64,000 bases of DNA from the NCBI GenBank assembly GCA_965228855.1, contig CBDDIJ010000003.1, positions 3,360,001 to 3,424,000 on the forward strand, given 5' to 3'. The notes under the pieces were generated by a model. It was not told where the DNA came from, did not search any database, and saw nothing but the letters and a program-made list of their open reading frames with translations. Position numbers and translations under genes: made by a program. This DNA comes from Candidatus Obscuribacterales bacterium (lineage in GTDB: Bacteria > Cyanobacteriota > Vampirovibrionia > Obscuribacterales > Obscuribacteraceae). Of the stretch, positions 1 to 9,949 are shown in pieces. The stretch's first letter is position 1; the number at the start of each line of letters is the position of its first letter.

Positions 1-291
1 TTTGTCAGCCTTGTATTGAAGCTTATCGGCATCTTCCTTAATTTCAGCTGCTTTCTTGGCTTCCTTGGCCGCTTTCTTCGCATGGGACGCGGCGCGACCT
101 TCTTTGCCGTCGGCTTGAGCTTCGGCAGAGGCAGCGGATTCATCGCTGGCTACGCCTGCAGTCGCGGCGGCTTCGGCATTCTTCGCATCAGCATCTGCTT
201 GGATTTCAGCTGCATCCTTAGCCAGCGCCGGAGCAAAAGTCGACGCAGAGATGAGAGCGAGCGCCGTGAATGAGAACAAGAAATTACGCAT
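1..291 (-). CDS. Secreted Ala/Lys/Glu-rich protein (3' end runs off the window)
   Basis: Not in the ORF track. ATG at 291 follows an AGGAGG RBS. Translates MRNFLFSFTALALISASTFAPALA-KDAAEIQADADAK... with a Sec-type signal peptide and is open to position 1. Confidence 0.85.
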   Translation of the reverse strand, partial: MRNFLFSFTALALISASTFAPALAKDAAEIQADADAKNAEAAATAGVASDESAASAEAQADGKEGRAASHAKKAAKEAKKAAEIKEDADKLQYKADK

Positions 292-489
292 GAGTTAACC
301 TCCTAGTAGTGCTATACCTTCGTAGTACATAGGCTGCCAAGCATTGCCTGCAACGGTTCCCAGCGCTTGATATATCTACACACGAAACCTGGATGGAAGG
401 CTACATCAGCCACCCGACCGAAGAAAGCCCTTCGCAAGAAACCCATTTTTGCGAGGGTCGGTCAATACCTAAAGAAGTTGGGCCGCAAG

Positions 490-1143
490 TTAAGGCGTCC
501 TGAATCTAATGCAATTTACTTGAGCTAGAACATTCTGAACCGAGACCACCTCGTCAGGTTTTAAATTAGCGACGTCGTGCCCTAAATCAATGGTCAACGC
601 GAGAAGCTCGTCAGCACCGCCTGCGGTGCCAGCTTGCAGCGCATTGTGAATAGTATCACGAAGTGAATCGAAATTCGCAGAAAAAACAATTGAAGCCAAA
701 TCCTTTTCGTTCAGTCGTGGGTTTAAAACGGTGATATTAGGCCAGTCAGGCCACGTAACTGTCTCCGTATCGCCTGTGAAAAAAAGACACTGGTCAAGCA
801 CGGCACTCGAAAAATCACAGTTGCGATAGTAAGCGTTGGGACTTTTCGAGACCCCTCGCTGAAAGCCAAAACTACAATTAATGAACTTTCCACTGATTGC
901 TGACCGCTCGAAAACGGACTCGAGGAACTGCACATTTTCAATGGGCACTTTCGCGTTTATTCTGCAATTCAAAAAATTAGCATCAACAATTTCGAAATTG
1001 GTACCGCCGAAATTAACCTCGCAATTCACGAGAAAAGCGCCACCATATACGGTATCCGTATCGTCGTGAATACCCAACTCCAAGGTCTCGTTTCGGGTGT
1101 TGCCACCGACTATCTCGATGCGCTTCGTGTCTGCCATTGTCAC
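490..1143 (-). CDS. Hypothetical protein with pentapeptide-like beta-solenoid repeats
   Basis: 217-aa ORF with FLNCRI, FINCSF and NCDFSSAVLDQCLF repeats and a WPDWPNITVLNP segment. Confidence 0.7.
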   Translation of the reverse strand: MTMADTKRIEIVGGNTRNETLELGIHDDTDTVYGGAFLVNCEVNFGGTNFEIVDANFLNCRINAKVPIENVQFLESVFERSAISGKFINCSFGFQRGVSKSPNAYYRNCDFSSAVLDQCLFFTGDTETVTWPDWPNITVLNPRLNEKDLASIVFSANFDSLRDTIHNALQAGTAGGADELLALTIDLGHDVANLKPDEVVSVQNVLAQVNCIRFRTP

Positions 1144-1162
1144 CTCAACAAAAACTCCTACT

Positions 1163-2638
1163 TCAGAAGATGCTCATCTGGTCATCCATATTTTCCAAAT
1201 CATCCATGTCCTCTAACAGCTTTGCGTGAACAGAGGTTGTTGTGATTGTTGTAGCCCTCTTGCGCGCAATCTCTTCTCTCAATTTCCCTTGAATATTGTC
1301 CAGAGTCCAGACCCCGGAACCGGCGATGTAAGTAGTTGAAGCGGCGGCGACCAGCGGATAGGATTTGGTTGCTGCGTCAAAGTATTTGAATCCGGCCACC
1401 GCCAACTGAGCTCCACGTGCAACTTGAGTACCACCAACGGTGGTACTGTAGAACATCCTCTCATGATATTCTTTTTTGATACGCTTATCGATTGCTTCGC
1501 GAGTTTCCTCACGGGCGTCCAGCAGCTCATTTTGTAGGTCGTAGACAGTCTTGCGAGCATCGAGAGCTTGGAGAAGCTGCTTATCTGATGAGTCAGCTCG
1601 GGCGATAAGTTCAGCCAATTCTTTGCGATGAGCATCGAAATTTTCAGCGGCTATGACGCGAGCGGTTACTCCAGCACTCTCCAGTTTGGCCCGGGCTCGG
1701 AAGCGAGCGTGATGGCCGGCCCAATGAATCAACATTGGCGAAGCGATTACGCTTGAGCCCGATGTTATGAAGCCAATCCCCGCGACGCCGACTTGCTTGG
1801 GCTCTCGATCGGCGACTGAAAGCAATGACTGCAGGGAGCCGCCGTAAGCTGCCGTCGCTGCACCAAATGCGGTGGTTAAAGTAGCCGCATCGCGCGCACT
1901 ACGCAAGCGCGCAATATCAGAGAACGAATACTGAAACTCTGAAACAGTCAAGTCTCGCAGGTCACGGAGCACCAGCCCGTCCACACGAAGGATCTCTTTC
2001 TGGGATGGCGACAGACCTGGACAGTTTTCAACCAACGAATTGCGCTTAGCAAGTGAACTGTCTAATTGATTTTGCATGTCGAGGAACGTCTGGAGAGCAG
2101 ACTTGAGGTCTAGATGTTTCTTCGCATGCCTGTTCTCGGCTCGCTTATCGAGAAAAGCTTCGAACAACGTACCGCCAAGGAGAATAGAAGCGCCTGTCAT
2201 ATTGACGATGTGACCGGACTTCAAATAAGGGCGTGATGCCGCAGGAGGATTATTCATGTATTGGAATCGCGAGCCGGCAATTAAGCTCATTCCGACGTTC
2301 AACATCGTAGAGCCGGTCATTTTGTACGCGAACACACGCCAGGACTTGCCGCGACTCGGACGCACCCAAGTAGCGTGAAGGGAGGTCGAGTAGCGCATCA
2401 TTTGGATCTCAGCCCGAAGGATCGAATTGGTCAGTTTTTCAACTTCAACCAGCTGAGGATTACCGAAATCATCGAGACTTTTGACATTAGGTTTCGATTG
2501 TTCTAGCTGGGCTGAAGCAGAGTCTTGCGCAGTCCGTTCTGCAGCAGCTGCACATGATGGACCCTGTACTAACAAGATCGAAATCACGCCTAACCGATTG
2601 AGAAAACTCGCGACGCTTCGCACAGACCAGCACCACAA
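1163..2638 (-). CDS. Hypothetical secreted or membrane alpha-helical protein (start uncertain)
   Basis: 491-aa ORF with a signal-like N-terminus and three Gly/Ala-rich hydrophobic segment pairs separated by charged helices. Confidence 0.75.
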   Translation of the reverse strand: MWCWSVRSVASFLNRLGVISILLVQGPSCAAAAERTAQDSASAQLEQSKPNVKSLDDFGNPQLVEVEKLTNSILRAEIQMMRYSTSLHATWVRPSRGKSWRVFAYKMTGSTMLNVGMSLIAGSRFQYMNNPPAASRPYLKSGHIVNMTGASILLGGTLFEAFLDKRAENRHAKKHLDLKSALQTFLDMQNQLDSSLAKRNSLVENCPGLSPSQKEILRVDGLVLRDLRDLTVSEFQYSFSDIARLRSARDAATLTTAFGAATAAYGGSLQSLLSVADREPKQVGVAGIGFITSGSSVIASPMLIHWAGHHARFRARAKLESAGVTARVIAAENFDAHRKELAELIARADSSDKQLLQALDARKTVYDLQNELLDAREETREAIDKRIKKEYHERMFYSTTVGGTQVARGAQLAVAGFKYFDAATKSYPLVAAASTTYIAGSGVWTLDNIQGKLREEIARKRATTITTTSVHAKLLEDMDDLENMDDQMSIF

Positions 2639-2783
2639 AAACTTTGACGCTGATTATGACAGCATTTTTCACGTAAAAACAGATACGACTTGTTTAGAAA
2701 TGCGCCCCAAACAGATGTCCACCTTCGCTGGTTTGCATATAGAAACAAACCTCAATCACTTCAATATTCTGACTTCTACGCCT

Positions 2784-3143
2784 TCACTTCCTTATCAAAC
2801 GTGTAGCAATCAGTCCGGCGAACCTATCTTTGCCTGTGTAAAACCAACCAATATGCCGGTGACACTGACCACATATCGCATAAGTCCATTCGTAGCCTTC
2901 AAACCATGTCGCCAGACTTGAAGGCTCCCCGGCTTCGATGGCACCAGGTGCGGTGCTATAACAAACGACGTGAAACGAGTAGCCGGCAGGATTGCGAAAA
3001 GTGTGTTCATGCGGTTCAATCGCGTACTCGGGCTCGGTAATGTCAAACTCGCAATTTGCGCAACGTACCGTTTGCTTCGGCTCCTCGTCCACAACATCGT
3101 CAAGATGCGTAGAGACTTCATTACCCGCATCATCACGCAACAT
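2784..3143 (-). CDS. Cereblon family (CULT, thalidomide-binding domain) protein
   Basis: CANC and CGQC Zn ligands, NPAG, and WFEGYEW...HIGWFY tri-tryptophan cage motifs. Confidence 0.92.
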   Translation of the reverse strand: MLRDDAGNEVSTHLDDVVDEEPKQTVRCANCEFDITEPEYAIEPHEHTFRNPAGYSFHVVCYSTAPGAIEAGEPSSLATWFEGYEWTYAICGQCHRHIGWFYTGKDRFAGLIATRLIRK

Positions 3144-3158
3144 CTCCGAATCCCCTGC

Positions 3159-3692
3159 CTACCGCGCAGCTGAAACGATTGCCATTATGCCATTGTACTC
3201 GTTTAGATAAACGAAGATTTTGTACTTATGTCCATTGGCCAATTTGAACGTGTGAAAGGTGACCGTATCTCCCGCCCCCGTCTTCCCCTCTTTGCTACCA
3301 AGGCATGATTTCTCCAAAACCACGTTCACCGATTGAGCGTCAACTTTCATAACTTTCATGAAAGCCGCCGCAGCCAGCTGAACAGGTAAAGACGCCACCG
3401 CGGAGGAAGTTAAGGTGTCCATGTAAGCGCCCGGAATATGTACGTCGATTGTGTTCAGGTTCTTCGTGGCAGAAAATCCATCCCCCAACTGAACCGGCGA
3501 TTCCGATTTGAGCAACTCGGGCTTGCGAAGGTCAGCAGTTGAGATTGAAACGATCGGAGCTGTTTTCTTCGCAACCCTTGCGCTCGCATTCTGGGAGTAT
3601 GCGGGAGTTGAGGTTATTAGTAAAAACAGGAGGACAACTGTGGCAATTATTGATTTCATCTTCCTCACCGGCTTGATCACATCGATTTTCAT
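3159..3692 (-). CDS. Hypothetical secreted protein
   Basis: ORF with signal peptide MKSIIATVVLLFLLITSTPAYS; true start may be the internal Met. Confidence 0.75.
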   Translation of the reverse strand: MKIDVIKPVRKMKSIIATVVLLFLLITSTPAYSQNASARVAKKTAPIVSISTADLRKPELLKSESPVQLGDGFSATKNLNTIDVHIPGAYMDTLTSSAVASLPVQLAAAAFMKVMKVDAQSVNVVLEKSCLGSKEGKTGAGDTVTFHTFKLANGHKYKIFVYLNEYNGIMAIVSAAR

Positions 3693-3748
3693 TTTAAGCG
3701 ATACAATGGTCTGTTACTACCGGGCGTGAACACATTCAGAGATAAACT

Positions 3749-4471
3749 GTGATACCAAAACACATATCCCTTGCCCTCAGCGATGGTGTTGAACTCCAGT
3801 CAACCAGTGCAGCAGGTGTGTGCAGAGTTAAATTAATTGATGAAACCAAACGCTTCGACTTAACGTGGGATCGGTTCGTTAGACTACACCGTACAGCTCG
3901 TGAAATTAAGCGACTGGTACCGGACAGCGACACCATCTTAGATGTCGGCGGTTTTGACGGCGCCTTAGCAATGTTTCTCCCAGAATACAAGGTTGAGGTT
4001 GTCGATCCAGCGACAACTTGTGGCACTGTATTTAGTGTCAATGAAAGCTCATATGAAGCGGTCGTGTCGATCGATGCAATTGAACACGTTGAGCCTAAAG
4101 ATAGAAAGGCATTTTTGACACACGTGACGCAGGTCGCGAAGCGAAGCTGTTTCATAAACTTCCCATCCAGACAGACTAAAGACTCACAAGCTTTGGTTCT
4201 CGAACTCACAGATAATCCTCTAGTGAAAGAGCACGTAGAATGGCCACTTCCCGACACCTCCGAAATCAGTAGACATTTGGAGTTACAGGGCTATTCCGTA
4301 GATATACAGAATCACGGCAGCCTGACACAGTGGCTTTCACAATTTGTTCTGCAGGCAGTATCACCCGAAAAGGCTTCCAGAATCAGCCGCCACCTTATCG
4401 AAAGCTATCTAGATGAGCCTTTTGGCGTACCGCTCTACAATCTAGTAATCGGCTTGAAAAGTAGTGAATAA
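3749..4471 (+). CDS. Class I SAM-dependent methyltransferase
   Basis: ILDVGGFDG motif I and YEAVVSIDAIEHV motif. Confidence 0.85.
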   Translation: MIPKHISLALSDGVELQSTSAAGVCRVKLIDETKRFDLTWDRFVRLHRTAREIKRLVPDSDTILDVGGFDGALAMFLPEYKVEVVDPATTCGTVFSVNESSYEAVVSIDAIEHVEPKDRKAFLTHVTQVAKRSCFINFPSRQTKDSQALVLELTDNPLVKEHVEWPLPDTSEISRHLELQGYSVDIQNHGSLTQWLSQFVLQAVSPEKASRISRHLIESYLDEPFGVPLYNLVIGLKSSE

Positions 4472-5861
4472 CATGCGGAGAACGTTAATGCCACTGAGAT
4501 CCGCCCTAAAGAGCAGCATCGCTCAAATTACAATCGCGTCTATCTTGCAGCTAATCGCACTGGGAGCAGACCGAGAAGCGAGCGCAGTGGCAGCGTCACC
4601 GGAAGAAGTGCGCCAGGCAATCACAGCCAATAACGAAGGTATGGTTCTCGTCAACAACGGTGAATTTAAACCAGCAGCGGACAAATTCGAAACGGCTTGC
4701 AAACTCGAACCAGAGCGTTCTCTCTTTCATTGCAACTATGGATTCGCACTGTTGAAACTTGGAAATTTTGACGGTGCGATCGCACAGCTCGAAGAGTCCG
4801 TCAGGTTACAGCCAGATTTCTCCCGAGCCTGGATAAATCTGGCGGTTGCATTCGAGAGCAAAGGGGACACGGCGCGAGCGATCCCTGCTTTGAAAAAAGT
4901 GGTCGAAATCGGACCGCCATCACCTGAGGTCGATCGAATCAAAGCGCACATCGAGTTGCTTTCAAAAGAAAACGAGATTGGCAATCTAGACAAAAGCGAG
5001 ACTGATTATGTCGAGTCAATAAAAGCGAGAAACAAATTCCGCTGGGCGAAAAGCCGCATGCCGATTAAAGTCTTCATGAAATCGGGCGAGGGAGTGGAAT
5101 CTTTCAAACCGGAATACGAGACATTTTTGAAAGATGCATTCGACCAGTGGGTAGCGGCGTCGAACGGACAGCTATCTGTCGAGTTCGTCAAGAAAGCGAA
5201 GGATGCCGACATTACGACCGAGTGGACAACAGATACCACTGGCGTTCTCAACTTATCAGAACTCGGGGATACACGCTACAAATGTGATGGTCAGGGAATG
5301 GCGAGCGCAATGATCCGCATGCTCCTCGTCGACCCAAAACCCGCAAAGTTGACACCAGTCATGGTGCAGTGGGGAGCTCTGCACGAAGTCGGACATGCAT
5401 TTGGTCTGCTCGGTCACAGTCGCAACCCCGGCGACGTTATGTTTTCTGTTTATCCGGCGAACGCTGAAGATCCGAAACTCACCGCCCGCGATATCGCGAC
5501 AATTCAAAAGTTTTACGCAGAAGACCTGGGTGATACCTGGCTCTCTCTAAACGATGCTGGAAACGTCGCCGCAAAGAACGGCGATTATGCTTTGGCGATC
5601 ACGCAGTACGAGAAATCCGTCGCTCTTAAACCGGACAGTAACGTTCCCACGCAAAATCTGATCAGGGCAAACTACAATCAAGCCCTTTATCTCCTCCGAA
5701 AGGGAGACACTAATGGTCCGGAGCAATACTTTAAACGAGCTCTGGAACTTGAAAAAGGTCAGCACGATGAGAACTATCCTGTAATCATCAAGTCCTACTC
5801 GCAATATTTGAAAATGGTCGGTCGCAAGAAAGAGGCTGCCGAAATCGAAAAGCTAAAATGA
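4464..5861 (+). CDS. TPR-repeat protein with matrixin-like (M10, metzincin) metallopeptidase domain
   Basis: N- and C-terminal TPRs; HEVGHAFGLLGHS zinc motif followed by the Met-turn DVM. Confidence 0.88.
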   Translation: MNNMRRTLMPLRSALKSSIAQITIASILQLIALGADREASAVAASPEEVRQAITANNEGMVLVNNGEFKPAADKFETACKLEPERSLFHCNYGFALLKLGNFDGAIAQLEESVRLQPDFSRAWINLAVAFESKGDTARAIPALKKVVEIGPPSPEVDRIKAHIELLSKENEIGNLDKSETDYVESIKARNKFRWAKSRMPIKVFMKSGEGVESFKPEYETFLKDAFDQWVAASNGQLSVEFVKKAKDADITTEWTTDTTGVLNLSELGDTRYKCDGQGMASAMIRMLLVDPKPAKLTPVMVQWGALHEVGHAFGLLGHSRNPGDVMFSVYPANAEDPKLTARDIATIQKFYAEDLGDTWLSLNDAGNVAAKNGDYALAITQYEKSVALKPDSNVPTQNLIRANYNQALYLLRKGDTNGPEQYFKRALELEKGQHDENYPVIIKSYSQYLKMVGRKKEAAEIEKLK

Positions 5862-5913
5862 GACTATTTCAAAGCTGTTTCTGTCGCACGCTCCCATCCT
5901 TATCACTGGCGCT

Positions 5914-7536
5914 CTAATCTTCCGACCTGTTCAATATATCTTGATTAAGGACAGTGGTTCGAGTTTCTGTTTTGAACAGCGAAGCCACTAGAATTGTCGT
6001 GAGCGCTCCAAATGTTATTCGCCAAGGAAAGGAAATTACCGGTATCGCATTCAGTGCATCGCTCGGTTTTAAGTTGAAAGTTTCAACCAACTGAGCAGGC
6101 ATTCCTGTGAGCAAACCGACCATACAAAACCCGCTGACCATGGCGATGCAGTTGCCGACATCGGACCCTCGTTCCTTTGTTAAAAAACCGAGAAGGAAAA
6201 TTCCGAGTAGCGACCCATATGTGTATCCAAAAATTCCTAGCACGATTGGAATGATGCGAGAGTCCGGGTGGTTTATCACGAAAAATGCAGTAATGCCGGC
6301 GACAACCGTCATTAGCGCAGCAAATACGATTGTGAAAAACTTTGCCGCACTTACGGCGCCGTCCTCTGTAGCTGCAATTCGCCTGCGCATGTAAAAGTCT
6401 CTGGTAAAACTAGTAGACAGTGCGTTGAGAGCTGCACTCAGCGACCCCATCGCCGTTGCAAAAATTCCAGCAACGAGCAGACCTCGCAACCCAACCGGCA
6501 TGCGCGTCAGAATAAAGTAGGCAAAAACTTCACTGTTTTTGCCTGGAAGGTTAGGATCCGGCGCTTGTTGATAATAACAATTCATCAGAATTCCAATCGT
6601 CAGAAATACAAATGCAATAGGAATGTCAGCAAATCCAGATGCAATTAGTGAAACACGACTTTTTCTATAGTCGCTTGCCGTGAGCATGCGCTGAACCATG
6701 TCCTGATCGGTGCCATGAGTGGCCATGGCTGTGAAGGTGGACCCAAGAATTGCTGCCCAAATCGTATACTCTGACGTTAAAATGCTCCGAAGGTTAGAAG
6801 AGAAAGAGGCACCACTCTCGGTACCAGTCAGAAAGATTGGTGTGGGCGTCCTTGCGAAGAAATCGGTGATTGTAGAAAAGCCGCCCGGCATCGTGAAGAA
6901 CAAAAGCAAGATCGCACCAAGCGCTCCTCCGAACATGACGCTCGATTGAATGCAGTCTGTCCAAACAACGGCCTTTATACCACCAACGGACGTGTACACT
7001 GCCGTTAGAATCGTGATGAACAGAATCGCGCCGAAGTATATCACCATCTGCTGCTCGATTGTCGGCTGCATGCCGGTGACGAGCTGATACCCGACAGCGA
7101 TGATTATCGCAGCGACGTATAGTCTAGCGCCGGAGGCGAGTAATCGAGTCATGAGAAACAAAGCGCTGCCGGCCGTTCTCGTTTTGCTACCAAAACGAAT
7201 CTCCAGATATTCATAGATAGAAAAAACGTTGTAATCAAAAAACGCTTTTATAAATAACCAGGCAACGATAATTCGGCCGATTATTGCTCCGATTAGAATC
7301 TGCAGGTACGAGTAATTGCAAAGCTGAAAACCTTCACCAGGTGCACCGAGAAAGGTAGCAGCACTGGTCTCAGCAGCGATAATCGACGCTAAAACAGCGA
7401 ACCACGGAATAGATCGACCGCCTAATGCAAAGTCTTCAAAAGACTCCTTACCCTTAGCAAATCGTAAGCCGACGTACACGACGAGAACAAAATACGCGCA
7501 GATAACTAGTAGATCGACGATAACATCCATCAACAA
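5914..7536 (-). CDS. Sodium:solute symporter (SSS family)
   Basis: GGRSIPW, AAETSAATFLG, GGIKAVVWTD and DQDMVQR motifs; many transmembrane helices. Confidence 0.93.
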   Translation of the reverse strand: MLMDVIVDLLVICAYFVLVVYVGLRFAKGKESFEDFALGGRSIPWFAVLASIIAAETSAATFLGAPGEGFQLCNYSYLQILIGAIIGRIIVAWLFIKAFFDYNVFSIYEYLEIRFGSKTRTAGSALFLMTRLLASGARLYVAAIIIAVGYQLVTGMQPTIEQQMVIYFGAILFITILTAVYTSVGGIKAVVWTDCIQSSVMFGGALGAILLLFFTMPGGFSTITDFFARTPTPIFLTGTESGASFSSNLRSILTSEYTIWAAILGSTFTAMATHGTDQDMVQRMLTASDYRKSRVSLIASGFADIPIAFVFLTIGILMNCYYQQAPDPNLPGKNSEVFAYFILTRMPVGLRGLLVAGIFATAMGSLSAALNALSTSFTRDFYMRRRIAATEDGAVSAAKFFTIVFAALMTVVAGITAFFVINHPDSRIIPIVLGIFGYTYGSLLGIFLLGFLTKERGSDVGNCIAMVSGFCMVGLLTGMPAQLVETFNLKPSDALNAIPVISFPWRITFGALTTILVASLFKTETRTTVLNQDILNRSED

Positions 7537-7928
7537 CCGAACAACCTATAGGGTCGACAAATGATACCACGAGGAGCCCGAGTTTATGAGTCTTTTGGCA
7601 TAGACTCAGTGTTTACGTGCGTACCGACTTACCTCTACTGACTGGCAGTCGGGACAAAAATAAACGATGCGCGATTTCTCTTCTGCCTCGTCCTGTTCAC
7701 CCGCAAGTGCGGACGCGTCCACTTTTCCTGTTCGCCTGGCTCCTTCGCCAACACTTGCGACCACCGGCGTATTAGATGGCGTAACTGCCTGGCGAAGCTG
7801 TTTTACGGGAGTGGCGCACAGCATATAATCCGGCGCCAGTTTCGGTCCGATTTCAATGACAGCTCCGCAACAGGCATTGCGCAATATGCTATGAGAGACA
7901 AGCCTGTAGTCTACGAACAATTTCAATT

Positions 7929-8768
7929 ATGCGAACAATCGAAGATTCGACAGCAGAATATGCTCGCGGTCTGGCCGGCGGTTTTCTCCTGAGTCTTCCG
8001 CTGCTCTACACCATGGAGGTGTGGTGGCAGGGTTTTATACTATCGCCGACACACTTGTTAGCTTTTGTCGGTGTGACATTTGTTTTGCTCTTGGGTTACA
8101 ACCGCTTCTCCGGCATGCGGAGAGACGCAAGTTTCATCGAAGTTGTCATCGACTCAGTAGAAGAACTTGGACTTGGAATTATTCTCTCCACTCTCATACT
8201 GTTTTGCCTGAACAAGATTTGGCTCGGCATGCCGATTGAAGAAGCACTAGGCAAGGTGACTATAGAAGCCATGACCGTAGCAATTGGTGTTTCCGTCGGC
8301 ACGGCTCAACTCATGAGCGACGATGAAGACACCGGCATGGAAGGTGACAGCGAAGACAAAAACAGTTTCGACATGCGAACATTCTTCGAACAAATCTTTG
8401 TGAGCTTTTGTGGAGCGACACTCGTAGGAAGCAGCATTGCTCCGACTGAGGAGGTGCTGCAAATTGCGGTGAGCTCATCTACACCTCATCTAATCAGCTT
8501 GATGATTTTGTCACTGGGCGTTATTGCAGCAGTGCTCTACATGAGCAATTTCAAAGGTGCTGACGAAATTGAAGGCGATAAGCTGCTTGCCAACAAGCTT
8601 GAGACCGTATCTGTAGTGTACGCAATTTCGATTGGGTCGGCATTTCTTTTGCTCTGGATGTATGGTCAAGTCTCCGGTGTGTCACCGGCAGTAGTTATAT
8701 CAGAAGCCATAGTTCTAGCATTCGTCACGTCACTTGGCGCATCGGCAGGGAGGTTACTGATTCAATGA
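7929..8768 (+). CDS. TIGR02587/DUF2391 family integral membrane protein
   Basis: GGFLLSLPLLYTMEVW, IAPTEEV and LGASAGRL motifs. Confidence 0.88.
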   Translation: MRTIEDSTAEYARGLAGGFLLSLPLLYTMEVWWQGFILSPTHLLAFVGVTFVLLLGYNRFSGMRRDASFIEVVIDSVEELGLGIILSTLILFCLNKIWLGMPIEEALGKVTIEAMTVAIGVSVGTAQLMSDDEDTGMEGDSEDKNSFDMRTFFEQIFVSFCGATLVGSSIAPTEEVLQIAVSSSTPHLISLMILSLGVIAAVLYMSNFKGADEIEGDKLLANKLETVSVVYAISIGSAFLLLWMYGQVSGVSPAVVISEAIVLAFVTSLGASAGRLLIQ

Positions 8769-9229
8769 CGGCGCGTACAACAAACAAAGATAAGGCCACG
8801 ACCAGGCGCTCTTCGCAAAAGGCAAGAGAAACCAAATCAGCCAAGCCCAACTCAACCTCAGGTGCACGGCTGGAGAAAAACTGGCTTGAGTGGACTGTTT
8901 TTGGCTTTAGCTTGATGCTTGTTCTTGGTCTGGTCGGTTACCTCGTGTACCTCGAAATTACACCTTCCAGTAAAGACTTTCAATATGAAATCAGTTTTGA
9001 AAAACCGCAAGAAATCCATGGCAGATACTTGGTTCCTCTGAAAATCGACAACAAAAGCAATAAGTCTGTGCAGGATGTCGCGGTAGAAATATCGTCCGGT
9101 GGAAACAAGGAGTCGGCCGATTTGCAACTCGATTACCTTCCACGACACTCGCACAGAGAAGCTACTGTGTTTTTCAGAGAAAAACCGACTCAGTTGGAAG
9201 GCCACATCAACTCATTCAACATTCCATAG
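8765..9229 (+). CDS. TIGR02588-like membrane-anchored protein
   Basis: ATGA overlap with the upstream gene; KNWLEW plus one TM helix and an Ig-like domain; usual partner of TIGR02587. Confidence 0.8.
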   Translation: MTARTTNKDKATTRRSSQKARETKSAKPNSTSGARLEKNWLEWTVFGFSLMLVLGLVGYLVYLEITPSSKDFQYEISFEKPQEIHGRYLVPLKIDNKSNKSVQDVAVEISSGGNKESADLQLDYLPRHSHREATVFFREKPTQLEGHINSFNIP

Positions 9230-9285
9230 GGTTGGCAATGCTGCGTATTGCAGCAGATCCCGCCAACTTTTTCATCGTTTTTCAC

Positions 9286-9319
9286 AAGTCACATGAAAGT
9301 CACGTGCCGACTTTAGATT
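9286..9319 (+). promoter_or_regulatory. OmpR/PhoB-type direct-repeat box plus -10 element
   Basis: AAGTCAC-ATGA-AAGTCAC (11-bp period), then 10 nt, then TAGATT at 9314-9319. Confidence 0.7.
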
Positions 9320-9374
9320 TCTGCAACACCGGAACAGAACATAGTTTGCGAAGTTACTATCGAGGTACCAGCCC

Positions 9375-9851
9375 ATGACCGCAGAATCATTTGAACAGCA
9401 CAACTCCCGTGAATTGCAGAATGCAGCACCTGGCGAAGGACTCTCATTTCGCCAGATTATGGAGAGTCTTCCGAACTTCGGCGATCTGACTAACCGCACA
9501 GATACCTGTGCGACCAAAAACCTTCCTAATCTCACAATAGAAAAATGCGTCTCAAACGAAATCATCAATCAGGACAATTCACTGTCCAGTTCTAGAGACT
9601 TCGGCAATCGGGACAAACCAAATCTCAACTCCGATCAGTCACAGGTCAAGCCAGAAAAACCATTTAAGCCAGTTCAGCCACTCGGCGAACTCGACTTACC
9701 TGAAAAAAATCCTCTGAAGCCAGTCCCCAAACCAGGTCTTGGCGGCATCAAAGACTGCCTGCCGGAAAAGCCGCAACGAGAGCCCCACAAACCCATTAAC
9801 AGCCTTGATGGAAAACCGATTGAGGCAAAACCTTATCTGCCAAAGAAATAG
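9375..9851 (+). CDS. Hypothetical Pro/Lys-rich, likely disordered protein
   Basis: 158-aa ORF after a GAGG RBS; repeated PEKP/KP segments. Confidence 0.75.
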   Translation: MTAESFEQHNSRELQNAAPGEGLSFRQIMESLPNFGDLTNRTDTCATKNLPNLTIEKCVSNEIINQDNSLSSSRDFGNRDKPNLNSDQSQVKPEKPFKPVQPLGELDLPEKNPLKPVPKPGLGGIKDCLPEKPQREPHKPINSLDGKPIEAKPYLPKK

Positions 9852-9949
9852 CGCGCTCTCTAAGATGAATTCAATTTTGCCAGGCTGGGTACAATGTGCT
9901 TCAGAGCTCCTCTGAGGCACATCCCACTTGGAGAGCAGAATCGCTGCGC

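Noticed and set aside
16..273. + strand 85-aa ORF
   Set aside because: Antisense shadow of the minus-strand gene that has an RBS and signal peptide.
7606..7926. 106-aa minus-strand ORF with CPDC
   Set aside because: No recognisable family, and it abuts the divergent start at 7929. A shorter real gene cannot be excluded.
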